Position numbers and translations under genes: made by a program
Notes under the pieces: model-generated
What the model was told of the DNA's origin: nothing
Seen by the model: the letters and a program-made list of their open reading frames with translations, nothing else
The model's database searches: none
Assembly (NCBI RefSeq): GCF_006345805.1
Contig: NC_043004.1
Span: 19,096,001 to 19,160,000, forward strand
DNA length: 64,000 bases
Reading direction: 5' to 3'
Origin: Octopus sinensis
Taxonomy: Eukaryota
In this document: positions 1 to 12,962 of the stretch, piece after piece
How the letters are laid out: each line of letters starts with the position of its first letter
How positions within the stretch are numbered: the first letter of the stretch is position 1

Positions 1-366
1 AATGGTTATGTTCTTTAAGTATTATTTCGTGATGTGCAAATGGATACCATGAGTTTACTTTCAGATATACGCATTAGGTTAGTTTTTTGAATTATCTGAA
101 ATAGAATACCCGCATATCTATTAATCCCCAAAACTTAATTATTATTGACTTGTATGAGATACTTTGTGTATTTCTGCATAAATATATAAATATATGATAA
201 ATAAGACCGTATGTAATGGTGAAAGTTTGGAAATTCGTTTTCCAAAATTATTTAAGTTTTATATATATTATTATTTTTTCATCTTTAATTTCCCTTAGAC
301 CCATCTTTATTATAATTTACTTTCAATTTAGCATTATGCCTTCTTATAATTTTTCCTCTCCTCAAA

Positions 367-740
367 AGCAGAAATTTAATTTACTGCATCAAATGCCCTA
401 ACTGTGAAGATATACGTTGGTCAGACTGCCAATGCATTATCAGAATATTCACGTGAGCACCAACACCAAATTAGAGATCCTGATGTCATCAGATACCTTT
501 AAGCATCCATCTCGAAACATGTGTTCAGAAAAAGTTTATAAAATTACCATTCAACAAACTGCAGAACTAAAGGATAAAGCCAACTATTTTGCTACAGTTG
601 TTAATTTTGGAACACGAATATCACTACATAAACCTGAAGATTGTGTACCACATGAAAGTACAAGTTTATTTAAATATTGTAAGAATTTAAAATTGAAAAT
701 AATAGCACGTAAAAATCAGAATAAGATGGAGTTTCATTGA
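367..740 (+). mobile_element. Penelope-like element (PLE) 3' remnant: frameshifted GIY-YIG endonuclease plus degenerate hammerhead
   Basis: Translates as SRNLIYCIKCPNCE/(frameshift)/YVGQTANALSEYSREHQHQIRDP, the PLE GIY-YIG pattern IYCIxCxxC..YVGQT also seen in the PLE at 57 kb; hammerhead motif follows at 628-669. Confidence 0.7.
628..669 (+). ncRNA. Degenerate type I hammerhead ribozyme motif
   Basis: ATAAAC-CTGAAGA-T TGTG TAC CACA T-GAA-AGTACA-A-GTTTAT; stem I ATAAAC/GTTTAT; stem III is one change from palindrome AGTACT (U16.1 lost). Confidence 0.55.
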
Positions 741-2212
741 TTAATATATTGTTCTATACACAATTATACAGACTCAGTTATATATGTGTGTGTATGTGCG
801 CGCGTGTGTTTGTGTACGTGTGCGTGTGTGTTTGCTTGTATGTGTGTGTGCGTACGTGAGTGTGTGTGTGTATGTGAGGTATATACGCATACACATATAT
901 ACAGATAAATATATTATATACATAGCAACATATGCATGCACATATTTATATACAGATATATGTATAATATACATAAATACAGTTGCATAACAACTCCACA
1001 CAAGCAACCCCAAGCACCTGTGGAATTTCCCTACAGCACAAAATATCTTACTTGACCGGTTTCGCCAGAGTTGTATTTCTATATACTAGCGGTTTCTTTA
1101 ATAAATAGTGTTCATTAGGCAACGGTTTTAGCGACCAGTTCAGGGTAACCAATTCCATAGAAAGTATCGGATGTAACTCATTCATTGTATTGTAAAATTT
1201 CGAGTCTCTGCTGGCTGACTAGCAGGGTGTGAGTAATTTTTAAAGAAACGTATCGATTTTATTTTCGTTTGGGTAGGTAAAAGAATGCGATACATAACAA
1301 GTTGAAACTGTTGTTAAAGTCATAGATGTGATTGAAATATGAGACATAGTAACTGTGAAAGTTGGTGAGGGATGGTAAGTTTTGATTAATGATATAACGA
1401 ATTTACATCACTGAACGAGGCAAAGCTATGGGCTTCAGTAAAGTCTATAAAGATGTTACGGTTGTTGGGTTTTATCTTGGTCGCTGTGTTCTGTCGATGA
1501 TATTCATCAAAGGAGAAAATGATAAACTTTAAATATATAATTGAACGCAATAATGTTGACAAACAAACGGAAAATAAGGTGTGACACATGCGTACATAGA
1601 CGCACAAGCATACACACATACATGCATCCACAAACATCCACACACATACACACACACATACTGTATTATGATGCTCTGGTTGATGAACACGCATGTACAT
1701 ATACTTACACTTACATATATATGCGCACGCCGCACTCACAAACAAGCACGTGCGCGCGCATACACACTTGACTTACAGTTAAACAAAGGGGCTTTTATGC
1801 AAAAAGAGAGCATTGTAATACTTTTTGATACATTCCATTAAAAAGTTTATTTGTTCATAGTTTTCCTTTGTTCTCTTTTATCGCCAATTAGACACTAAAG
1901 TGGCTATAAGGATGGGTTAGACTACAAATTGCTGGCCGCTGAATAAAATCCTTGTTCAAATATAATAGATTTACTTCCTGATTATCTTGATTATATTCTG
2001 TGACAGTTAAACTTTATATATACCTTTGTAGCCAATAGATAAGAACTTGTATGCTGATTATTTTTAAGATCTAGATTATCTAAAATTTGGATTCCCTACG
2101 GTATAGGTAATTTCGATTATTAATTCCAGTAACAAATGGTAGAGAGTAACATCCTTAGAATCACAGGAGGTTACTTATGGGATTACGTAGAGTTATCAAG
2201 TTGGGTACAATT

Positions 2213-2296
2213 TTGATTTACATCTAACCTTTCCTTGATTTACATCTAACCTTTCCTTGATTTACATCTAACCTTTCCTTGATTTACATCTAACCT
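2213..2296. repeat. 22-bp tandem repeat (TTGATTTACATCTAACCTTTCC) x ~3.8
   Basis: Exact direct repeats read from sequence. Confidence 0.95.
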
Positions 2297-2722
2297 GATC
2301 AAGCATTTTTAATATATCTAGCGTCTAGATTTATAGTCTGCTGCCAAAATTAACTGATATTATTTTTCTTGTATCATTAAAGACGCAGATGTTTACAGTA
2401 AAACAAAATATAATGGAGATTTCCTAAAATATTTCTGACAAGCCTCTTTCGACTATGACGTCAATATTTTATAGACAGGGACACTATATTATTAGAATAC
2501 GTCACAAATGACATGAAGGTTTCTAAACTTAAGAAGTCCCAATTAAAAGAGAAAAAAAAGGTGCAGACATAAAAATAGAGATAAAGAAAAAGTCAATAGG
2601 TGCGACTAACAAATATAAAACATTAGGATATATTTCCATATGTCCTCATGTCAGAAATAAATTTTTATTAAGATTATAATTTTCCGGATCATTAACTAGA
2701 TAGTGTGCATTTATATATATTA

Positions 2723-2942
2723 TAGCTCCGTGCCGACCCAAGCCATGTGAGTGGATTTAAGTACACAGAAAGTGAAAGAAGCCTTTCATACATATATATA
2801 TATACATATATATCCAAATTACCGAAGTTATTCTTGTTGCTTATTTTGATTATAATCACCCCATGGATTTATATGGATAACACCATACAGAATTCTGGTG
2901 CATCTAACTAAAGTACCATATTCATTTGAATCTAAATTTTGC

Positions 2943-3014
<72 letters not shown>

Positions 3015-3022
3015 TATATATA

Positions 3023-3074
<52 letters not shown>

Positions 3075-3246
3075 TGTCTGTATTTGTCCCCATCATTATT
3101 TGACAACTGGTGTTGGTGTGTTTACGTCCCCCGATAAAATAAGCACCAGGCTTAAAAAATAAGTACTGGTGACGATACATTCTACTAAAAATTCAAGGCG
3201 GTGTCCCATCATGGCGGCAGTCCAATAACTGAAATAGCTAAAACGT

Positions 3247-3314
<68 letters not shown>

Positions 3315-3570
3315 TATAATAAAGGTACACTATGAAGCAAATATATATATACATATATACATGCGTGTGTATCCTTGTGTCCGTGTTTGTCCCCATCCAC
3401 CACTTGACGACCGGTGCTGGTATGTTTACGTCCCCATAACCGTGTGGTTCGGCAAAAGAGAACGAGGGAATAAGTATCAGGCTTAAACAAAATAAGCACT
3501 TGTGGCGACACATTCGACTAAAGATTCTTCAAGTGGTATAATGACTGAAACAAGTAAAAGAAGATGAAAA
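2723..3570 (+). mobile_element. Cluster of partial family-B SINE copies interrupted by (TA)n
   Basis: Segments GTGAGTGGATTT..GAAAGAAGCC, TTGACAACTGGTGTTGGTGTGTTTACGTCCCC and ATGACTGAAACAAGTAAAAGA match the full copy at 55273-55682. Confidence 0.8.
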
Positions 3571-3599
3571 ATAAGTATATGTATATGTATCGCTCAAGT

Positions 3600-3925
3600 A
3601 TCATTCCCTGTTACAGCGGCGTTGGTGACACGACATGGTATGTCATGGCCTTACTTCGCCTTGGCTTTTCTTCTCGGCAGAGAGGGTGGTTTGCCATTGC
3701 CTCCCAAACAGCATGGCCCTCGGCCCCAAAGAAACTTATCCGGCCTTCGACAGGCATTGTTTTCAATCCTGCTAGGCATCCCAACACCCTCCCCACATGT
3801 GTACCATACTACTGAAGAGAGGAAACCCGTTTAGTCGCTGAGCCCTCGACCATGAAACAGGTTGTACTGGTCTACATAATACTAGTTGCGGGTCTCAATA
3901 GCCTGTGATGACATCACTGGCCTGA
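3600..3925 (-). mobile_element. Probable RTE-related non-coding fragment
   Basis: GC-richer island; minus strand has GAGGCAATGGCAAACCACCCTC, resembling the motif of RTE/BovB-type UTRs and derived SINEs (from memory). Confidence 0.35.
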
Positions 3926-5382
3926 CTACACGTATGTGTGTATGTATGTATGTATGTATGTATGTATGTATGTATGTATGTATGTATGTATGTATGTATT
4001 TATGTGTGTATGTATGTATGTATGTATGTATGCATGTATGTATGTATGTAGGTATGTATGTATGTATGTATGTATGTATTTATTTTGTGCGTGTCTGTGT
4101 ATGTGTACGATTAGTCCGGTTCGTCTCCCGGTTGACAAGTATAAACACATTTTAAAGTTGGATTTAATAGTTCGAAAACTTGCAAGTCCTTTATATTTTA
4201 ACGCTGCTATGAAACTTATTAACATATGATATACCATATATTTCGTGTAAATTAATTTTATAATTGAGATAATTGTTTTATACACAATTTCAGACAGTGT
4301 AACCTCTATAAATATTTATAGAACGGAAAGATCTCCTATAATAGGTTAATTGCGCTACTGTTATGAAGTGAAATAATCTAATTTTAATGTATTTTGATGG
4401 TTTCACTCTTGTCACAAATTACAACGGAAGAGATTCGGAACATATTTTATTGAACAATAAATGCTGGAGAACAAGGTCAATGTTCCTGTGTGTTGATTTC
4501 GCTATACAATTAATGGATGCAAGCTTTTCACAAACATACGCTCACTGAAACAAATTAACGCTATTATATATATATATATTGATCAATATTTATATGGCGG
4601 ACATTGAAGAGAAAAAAACTGCGAAATATGGTGAAACAATTTATTTTTCTTACACTTTTAATCTGCTGAGAAGACAGATGCACATCACGATATCTTATGT
4701 TCTGTTGATTAAATTATTTGTTGTATTTTACCTAATCATAAATAGTATGCTGTAACTAAGTGTTCTCAAATATTGTCTTCATTAACATCGTGAGTACCAA
4801 AGTTACTTCAAAATCCCATTTTGCTTTTGACTGTTGCTTCATTTGTTGTGGCGAGCTTTGCAAAGCAACAAGCTAGGTTCTTACAGTTTGGGTCTGTGAT
4901 CTAAATTTCGATTATTAAATGAAACGCATTTAATATATTCAGCAACTACATTTAGGAAATGTATGACTATTTTAACACCATAATTTCCATTCACCAAAAA
5001 TAATAACCTTAAATGCGCAGAGAAACGGCAGTATATGTAATTATTGAGATTTACCTTCATTTCACGTTGTTTGGTCTCAAGTCTATTTTGATTGAGTAAG
5101 CCTATGATCAAAAGCATTCCAGTGGCGACTATCTTGTCAAGGACTACATTATCCAGTTATCACTTCCTTATTCCATTGCACTAAGGGGCAATGTACAATA
5201 TATTATAGTGGGTCAAGCGAACATTTACTGTTAAGATTTTTCAATAACGCAAGATTAAGTTAGGTGCTTCATACGTTGTATGATTGTATTCAACGTTGTT
5301 TCATTATATATCTTGCGTAAATTAACATAAATTCTTGCTTTCAAAGAATTTTCACAAGCACGCACTCACACACACACACACA

Positions 5383-5422
<40 letters not shown>

Positions 5423-5578
5423 ACGCTTACGCACATATATATATCTTGTCGTAATTGCTCAACATGTGTAGATAAACAGCCGACAACAGATGAAGGGTCA
5501 TTCTTTATATTACTTGTCTTGTATTCCATTTGTTTCTTTATTCGCAAAAACGTTCGCATTTCATGACTTCCTATACCC

Positions 5579-5695
<117 letters not shown>

Positions 5696-5699
5696 CATA

Positions 5700-6058
5700 T
5701 ACATACATATGCATTTAGATATATATATATGTACATTGTTTGTTTTCACTGTTATGTTCTTGTTAACAAATTTGGTCCCCCGCAAACCCTAAATTCTATT
5801 TTGCTTTGCGTGAGCAACTGTTTTCTCGAAGAGACATCTTGCCATAATTGTTCGAATGTGAAGTAGATACACAGCCGACAACTATTGATGGGTCGTTCTT
5901 TATGTTACGCGTCTTCTTTTCTATTTGTTTCTTTCGTTGTTCGCAAAAAGGTCGTATTCCATGTTTAAGTACTTCGTATTTCATGTTTACGTTTTATGAT
6001 GTCCTGTGCGCATATATGCATATGTATATACATATATATGTAAGTCTGTACATATAAG

Positions 6059-6134
<76 letters not shown>

Positions 6135-6515
6135 TATATATATATACATATACATACATATGCATTTAGATATATATATATGTACATTGTTTGTTTTCAC
6201 TGTTATGTTCTTGTTAACAAATTTGGTCCCCCGCAAACCCTAAATTCTATTTTGCTTTGCGTGAGCAACTGTTTTCTCGAAGAGACATCTTGCCATAATT
6301 GTTCGAAATGTGAAGTAGATACACAGCCGACAACTATTGATGGGTCGTTCTTTATGTTACGCGTCTTCTTTTCTATTTGTTTCTTTCGTTGTTCGCAAAA
6401 AGGTCGTATTCCATGTTTAAGTACTTCGTATTTCATGTTTACGTTTTATGATGTCCTGTGCGCATATATGCATATGTATATACATATATATGTAAGTCTG
6501 TACATATAAGTATGT
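5700..6515 (+). repeat. Near-identical tandem duplication (~450-bp period) of a short dispersed repeat flanked by (TA)n
   Basis: 5700-6065 and 6150-6515 nearly identical; related partial copies at 5441-5580 (+), 8095-8230 (-) and 9650-9780 (-). Confidence 0.9.
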
Positions 6516-6528
6516 ATATATATATATA

Positions 6529-6571
<43 letters not shown>

Positions 6572-6699
6572 ATAAATCTCTGGGCGAGATCTCTTCTGGT
6601 GACGTCGATGTTCGCCTGGGGCTAAATGCATCAGTAACACCCCCACCACCCCGCCCTGACCCTAGCCACATTCAGATGGCTGATCCCTCTTATGTTATA

Positions 6700-7050
6700 T
6701 ATATAATGTTTTTCAGAATGAGATAAAACTAAGGCTGTGAAGATTTTAGAACATTTAAAGATAGAATGTCTTACAACTGCTTCCAGGATATTTATTATAC
6801 CCTTCATCGGAGACGGTGTGAGAAAATGGTTAAGCAATAGTTAATTTAGATAAGATACGAAATAGAGAGGGAAATGGAGGAATGAAAATAGATGTAAGAT
6901 ATACAGGGATATTGCATTTGTAGATCCATTATTTAGGCAGAATGGTATACATATAAGATTCCAATACTTTGCGAGTAAAATCCAGTAATATCTAAAATTG
7001 GTCATTCCAAGTATAGAGTTTGTACGCAGTGCTACTGAATCAAGGGTTTT
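6700..7050 (-). mobile_element. Degenerate PLE 3' end with hammerhead remnant (6768-6814)
   Basis: Minus strand: TRKVLESY-like endonuclease tail, then GTCT-CCGATGA-AGGGTAT..ATATCCT-GGAAGCAGTTGTA-AGAC (stem I GTCT/AGAC, near-palindromic stem III). Confidence 0.5.
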
Positions 7051-8015
7051 TTTAAAGTGACCTAAAAGTAGGGAATGTATTTGTAAGTTGAAATCTAAAA
7101 CAAGAAGAAAGGAATAAAGAAAAGAGAAAAAAGAGAAGAAAAAACAGGAACAGTGGATTAAAGAAAATAAAGAAAAAAGGAAAAAAGATAAACAAGGAGA
7201 GATATTATAAAGGAAAGCGTACCAGTTAGTGGTCAGTCAAGATAATTTGAAAGTAGGAATGGGGAGATGAGTGAGAGTAATAGAGAAAGGTTTTAGAGGG
7301 TAAAAAGATAGAAAGAATGGGTGTGTTAGAAAGAGAGAGAGAGAGGGGTATAAAAAGTAAAGGAGTGTCAGTTATGTAGTGATAGAGTGTAAGTGATGCG
7401 GCAGAGAGAGAGAGAGAGGGGTAGTATTATGGAAAGAAGAATTTGGGAATATAGATTAGGTGGTTGGACAGGTCACTGCTTAGTTGTAGAAGAATATATA
7501 TATGTGAAGATGTATGCATAAATATATATATATATATATATATTAGACATGTATATATATATTTATACAGATATTATACATATCAATATCTACATATACA
7601 ACTCGTACCCATGTGTATATGTACACACGCACATCCATATATACATGTATCTGTATGTATTATCTCCCCTGTATACGCAGGTATACGTACCTTGCATTCA
7701 TACTTACATTCACACATACACACATACATACACGCATACACACACATACATTTACACGCACATATGCATTCACGCATATACACACGAATATAATTAGATG
7801 GTTGTGATATTCAAGTATGAGTGAGGAACTAGATAGGGATTAAGAGTTAAAAAAAAAGCGATTACCTAAGGGGCATTGTGGAAATATACTGTATGGGCGT
7901 ATAAGCGTTGGAATTGTGGTAGAATTTGAATGGTGAAAAAAGCGGTGGTTGCATGTGCATAGTACCTAATTATATACATATATATACGTATACACACACA
8001 TACACACACACAGAC

Positions 8016-8084
<69 letters not shown>

Positions 8085-9198
8085 CGTGTGTGTTCGAAAA
8101 TTTATGACAAGATGTCTCTTCGAGAAAGCAGTTGCTCACGCAAAGCAAAATAGAATTTGGGGTGTGCGGGGGACCAAATTTTGTAACAAAAACATGACAG
8201 TGAAAACAAACAATGTACATATATATCTAAATTCATATATATGTATATGTATACACATACACACACACACACACATATATATATGTGTGTGTGTGTATGT
8301 ATATATATATATATGTGTGTGTAGCTATGTGTGTTTGTGTATATATGCTTAAGGATAGGTGGATATAGTAGTGTATGTATATGTTTACTAGGGTGTAACT
8401 GTAGATATGTTTGGAGATGTATATTTAACTCCATGTATTTAATGCTGTGTATTTGAAGCTGGGCATAATGAAGCATACTTGTATACGCTCGAACATGTTA
8501 GTTTACATATATGTGTATGAGTACGTGTATACACACACACATATACACATACCATAAACTTATAAAGCTAGTCACTTTTAATGGCGAGTTTGTGTAAAGT
8601 GACTGTTTATCACAACAATATCAAATTACAACCTCAATCTGTATTTCAACGAGTGGTCAAAATTAAGAAATTATTTATGACCACTACCATCCCATCAGTG
8701 CCAAAATCTTATTCTCAGCTCTTTAGTATCTTATCTCTTTATCTCTTACTCTACTTTATATTCTTAATTCTTTTGTTTTTATCTTTTTTTTACTTTATTC
8801 TTATTTGGCTAATTCTTATTCATATGTGGTTCTAACTTTATTATCCTTATTTTTATTATTTTTTTTTCCTTTTATTACTCTTGTCTTTTGCTCCTATTGT
8901 CTTTTAATTCCAGTACTCTTGCTCTTTATTTCTTATTTTTTATTTTTTTATTTTTTTATTTTTTAAACTTTTAACTTTATTTTTTTTCTTTCTATCTTAT
9001 TTTCCCTCCTATCTTATACAAGAGAATTAAATATAAACTCATTCCAATCCATTTAACATTCACTCTACGCTGATTGGTTATACACTATGGGCAGATTTTC
9101 GAAATCCAATGAATCATGATACATTTATACAGTTAAGAAATTTTACAAATACACTTTTTCAAGGAGATATGATAAACATATTATAATGGGTAATACTA

Positions 9199-9385
9199 CA
9201 TGTACTTTTAATATTTTTTATATTGTGATGTGATTCTTTGGAATAACAATGTTTGCGGTTGAAGGGAGCTTTAAACCATCCCTTATATCAATAATACACT
9301 GGTGTAATAATGGATTGTTTATAAAGCTTGAAACACGTGTACCGCGATATCCTTTGTGTTCTGTTTTTAATTTTATTTGATATAT
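9199..9385 (+). repeat. Short hammerhead-bearing repeat, copy 1 (mutated core at 9255-9345)
   Basis: Homologous to 53750-53945; GCGG-TTGAAGG-GAGCTTTA...TAAAGCTT-GAA-ACACGTGT-A-CCGC. Confidence 0.75.
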
Positions 9386-9441
9386 AGATAGATAAACTTA
9401 CTTGGAAATGGATGCGTGGCGTTCAATCATACAATAATAGA

Positions 9442-9474
<33 letters not shown>

Positions 9475-9479
<5 letters not shown>

Positions 9480-9546
9480 GTAAATGTAATATGTGACAAT
9501 TATTCGGTAGGTACCGAATAATTGTTACATGTTACATTTACAGATA
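9475..9546. repeat. 35-bp-arm inverted repeat (hairpin)
   Basis: 9475-9509 vs 9512-9546, two mismatches. Confidence 0.9.
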
Positions 9547-9608
9547 AATTCCCCTATTTACATAATATCGAGGTCTCTTTCATTCTTTTGCTGTCTTACC
9601 ATTTCTAG

Positions 9609-9646
<38 letters not shown>

Positions 9647-10055
9647 GCATATATGGGTACAGGATGTCACATAGCGTAATACGAAGGCAAATTTAGGTAT
9701 GCGAACAACTAGAGAAACAAATAGAAAACAAGACAAGTAACACGAAGAACAACCCTTCATCTGTTGTCGGCAGTTTATCACAGAAATGCTGGTTGTTATT
9801 TAACATATCTTTGTATACTGCCAAATATTTTGATAAATGTAGAGTTGATAAATCACTAAAAGTATGGTAATTTGTTAATAAGCTAGAATTAATAATCTAC
9901 CTTCTTCATTTTAATGTATTTTCATATTTTATGTGATCTAAATATTACATTATTTATTAAGTCTCAGCGCCATAAAATTATAGATAAGAGGATTGCAATG
10001 AGTCAGCCAGAGAAAACCATCTCTATTTTAAAGCTTGAACATCGAAAGACAAATT

Positions 10056-10250
10056 AAAGCGTAAAGAATCGTTACCATGCCGGGTACTTTACGTTTGCAC
10101 TTTACGTTCTGAATTCAAATACCACCGAGGTCGACTTTACTTTTTACCCTTTCGGGGTTGGTAACCTGAGTACCAGTTTAACACTGGAGGCGATGTAATC
10201 GACTTATCTCCTTCCTCATATTGCTGGCCTTGTACCAAAATTTGACATCA
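10056..10250 (+). mobile_element. tRNA-derived SINE family A, diverged copy
   Basis: ACGTTCTGAATTCAAATACCACCGAGGTCGACTTT...GTACCAGTT matches 52062-52277. Confidence 0.8.
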
Positions 10251-11880
10251 ATATCTAAAGATGATTTCATCCTCTCCCACCCCAGCGGATTTGCTACATT
10301 TGAGCGCTTAACTCCTCTTTATGACTTCAGCCTCTGTAAGATTAGTTCCCACTCGTAGTTGAACCACCAAGAGTGACTGGATGTAGGTCATCATCGAAGT
10401 ATTCCTTTCCGATCTTTTCTGTAGGGAAAAGAATCCAAGCCGGCGTGAAAGGAAGTTTATTGTTACGAAATCGATAATTGGTTTGCAGGAATAGTTTATT
10501 GTTCCCTCGTGGCGGTGCTTCGGGTTCCCGGGGCACGCATCCTTTTTATCACCAACTGAAACTTGCCAGAACAAGGTATAGGTTTATTGCTGCTTTACTG
10601 ACACTGTGGGGTAGACTACAAGGTATTTTTCGAGCTGACCTCTGTAAATAATAATGATTGAACTCCTCATTTGTTATTCTGTGCGATGGACGACGCGGTA
10701 TGGTTATTGTTTTGTACACTTTTCATATTGCAACTTTTGATGATCTTCTTTGCACTAAGAAAAAAGATGATATATGTACGGCACCGTGATATTCCACCTG
10801 CCGATGGTCTTTAAAAACGTTACATTCAGAATAATTCTCTCGTCTCTTCTTCAGAGGCATTATGTATGTATGTATGTATGTATGTATGTATGTATGTATG
10901 TATGTATGTATGTATGTATGTATGTACGTACGTACGTACGTACGTATGTGTGTATGTGTGTGTATGTATGTATGTATGTATGTATGTACGTACGTATGTG
11001 TGTATGTGTGTATGTGTGTGTATGTATGTATGTGCGTGTGTGTATGTGTGTGTATGTATGTATGTATGTATGTATGTATGTATGTATGTATGTATGCACG
11101 TATCAAGGCAACTGAAAATGTGAGTAAACGTTGTTACACTTCTTACCGCTACATTGCGAAATGCCTCTTTCCGTAATGAAAAGTGTATAAATGGGCAACT
11201 GCTCAACCTGCAGAGTGCCGAATGAATGTTAGAAAAAATTTTCCTGTAAATACCTATAAAGTCTGCCAGGATAAAGAAGACGCTAATACTGTCACCTTTT
11301 GTAATATAAGAACTACAATATATTTAGTGATGTCAAAAGAGGTGTATGCCTTCTAAGATACGGCGTAGTGGGAATGTTTAAATCTTTTTATCTAAAGAGA
11401 ATTATGGTGATTTTAATCCGGGATAAATGTGCTCTATTCAACGGTGTGTAAACATACTTATCACTATATCACTTCTTAGACTCGATGATTCATGTAATCT
11501 ATATATTGCTGTAGCATATGAGACACACAGTTTCTGTCTCTCAATTAAAGCATGAAATCGCCTACTGTTCCAAACTAGGCACCCGGGAAACTTCTATTCC
11601 TTAACAAATGAACGCATTTCACTTGTTGTCATGCTATTAATTTATTCTTGCTCACTAAAAACGAAACTGTTTTCCCAGATCGAATTTTATTGATGATTGC
11701 AAATAAAAAAAGGACAACGAATTTTATACACAACGTTGTGAGGAATATTTTATGTGTGCGATTATATGTGTGGATGTATCAGTATATATATGTTAATATA
11801 TTTAGATGGACTCCCATATAAACACACACATACAAATACGCACATGCAGAGATACACACATACACACACGCGCACACACG

Positions 11881-11917
<37 letters not shown>

Positions 11918-11983
11918 CATGCATGCATGCATGCATACATGCATACATACATACATAAATACATACATACATACATACATACA

Positions 11984-12014
<31 letters not shown>

Positions 12015-12520
12015 GCTCACACATGCAGTAGGAGAAATGTCATGAAGTTATGTAAGTTCCGATTTTACTTTCTAATTAATGATTATGTTCAATTTAACAT
12101 TTTAAGCACTTGGCATAACCCATTAGGCCTAAATTAATTTAAGACTTGATATTCACGTAATTTATTAGTTGTTCTCAGACCCTAAATTATGTGGAATCAT
12201 TTGTTTGATAGCAACGAGAAACATGAAGTAGGACATCCATTTAATAAACTATAGTGTCTTGTAGAAAAGTTTATGTTACATTATATCCAAAGGTACACAT
12301 ACACAGATCTTTCGTGAGTAACACCAGCTGCAATACTTACTCGAAAATGGATAGACATGGTATTTGGTAACTGACACGATTCTAGTCAATAACTGAAAAT
12401 GAACTCTGTTACCCTCTCAGTTGACGTTCTATATCCTTTAGACTCAAATTATTGTATCTTTTGTATCCTAACTAGTAAATAATTAATTGTGTGACAGTTG
12501 CAGAAAGGAAGCAAATATCA

Positions 12521-12611
<91 letters not shown>

Positions 12612-12639
12612 TAATAATAATAATAATAATGATAATAAT

Positions 12640-12905
12640 AATATTAGGGAGTATATCCAAACTTACAGGGAAAAATTTCCCAGTATAAATAAATATAAAT
12701 TAAATTAGAGATAAAACCACTATTAGGCAACTCAAACAGTGATAGACATAAACCAAAACATAAAAAAATAAATAATATAGTATACAATATATATATAGAA
12801 TATAAAATTTTAAATTTAAATTATTAAAATTTGAAAATTTTAAATTTATATTTATGTCTATTACTATTTGAGCTGCCTAATAGTGGTTTTATGTCTAATT
12901 TAATT
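12640..12905. repeat. Short repeat with ~55-bp inverted arms; related copy at 18005-18095
   Basis: 12698-12752 inverted at 12851-12905; AATATTAGGGAGTATATCCAAACTTACAGGGAAAAATTT shared with the 18 kb copy. Confidence 0.8.
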
Positions 12906-12931
12906 AATATATATATATATATATATATACG

Positions 12932-12962
<31 letters not shown>

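Noticed and set aside
417-740. 107-aa ORF as a host gene
   Set aside because: Overlaps a frameshifted PLE endonuclease remnant read mostly in other frames
2213-2296. CRISPR-like array
   Set aside because: Units are contiguous with no spacers; eukaryotic context; no cas genes
3810-3835. CTGAAGAGAGGAAAC as a hammerhead
   Set aside because: No stem II and no convincing stem I or III pairing
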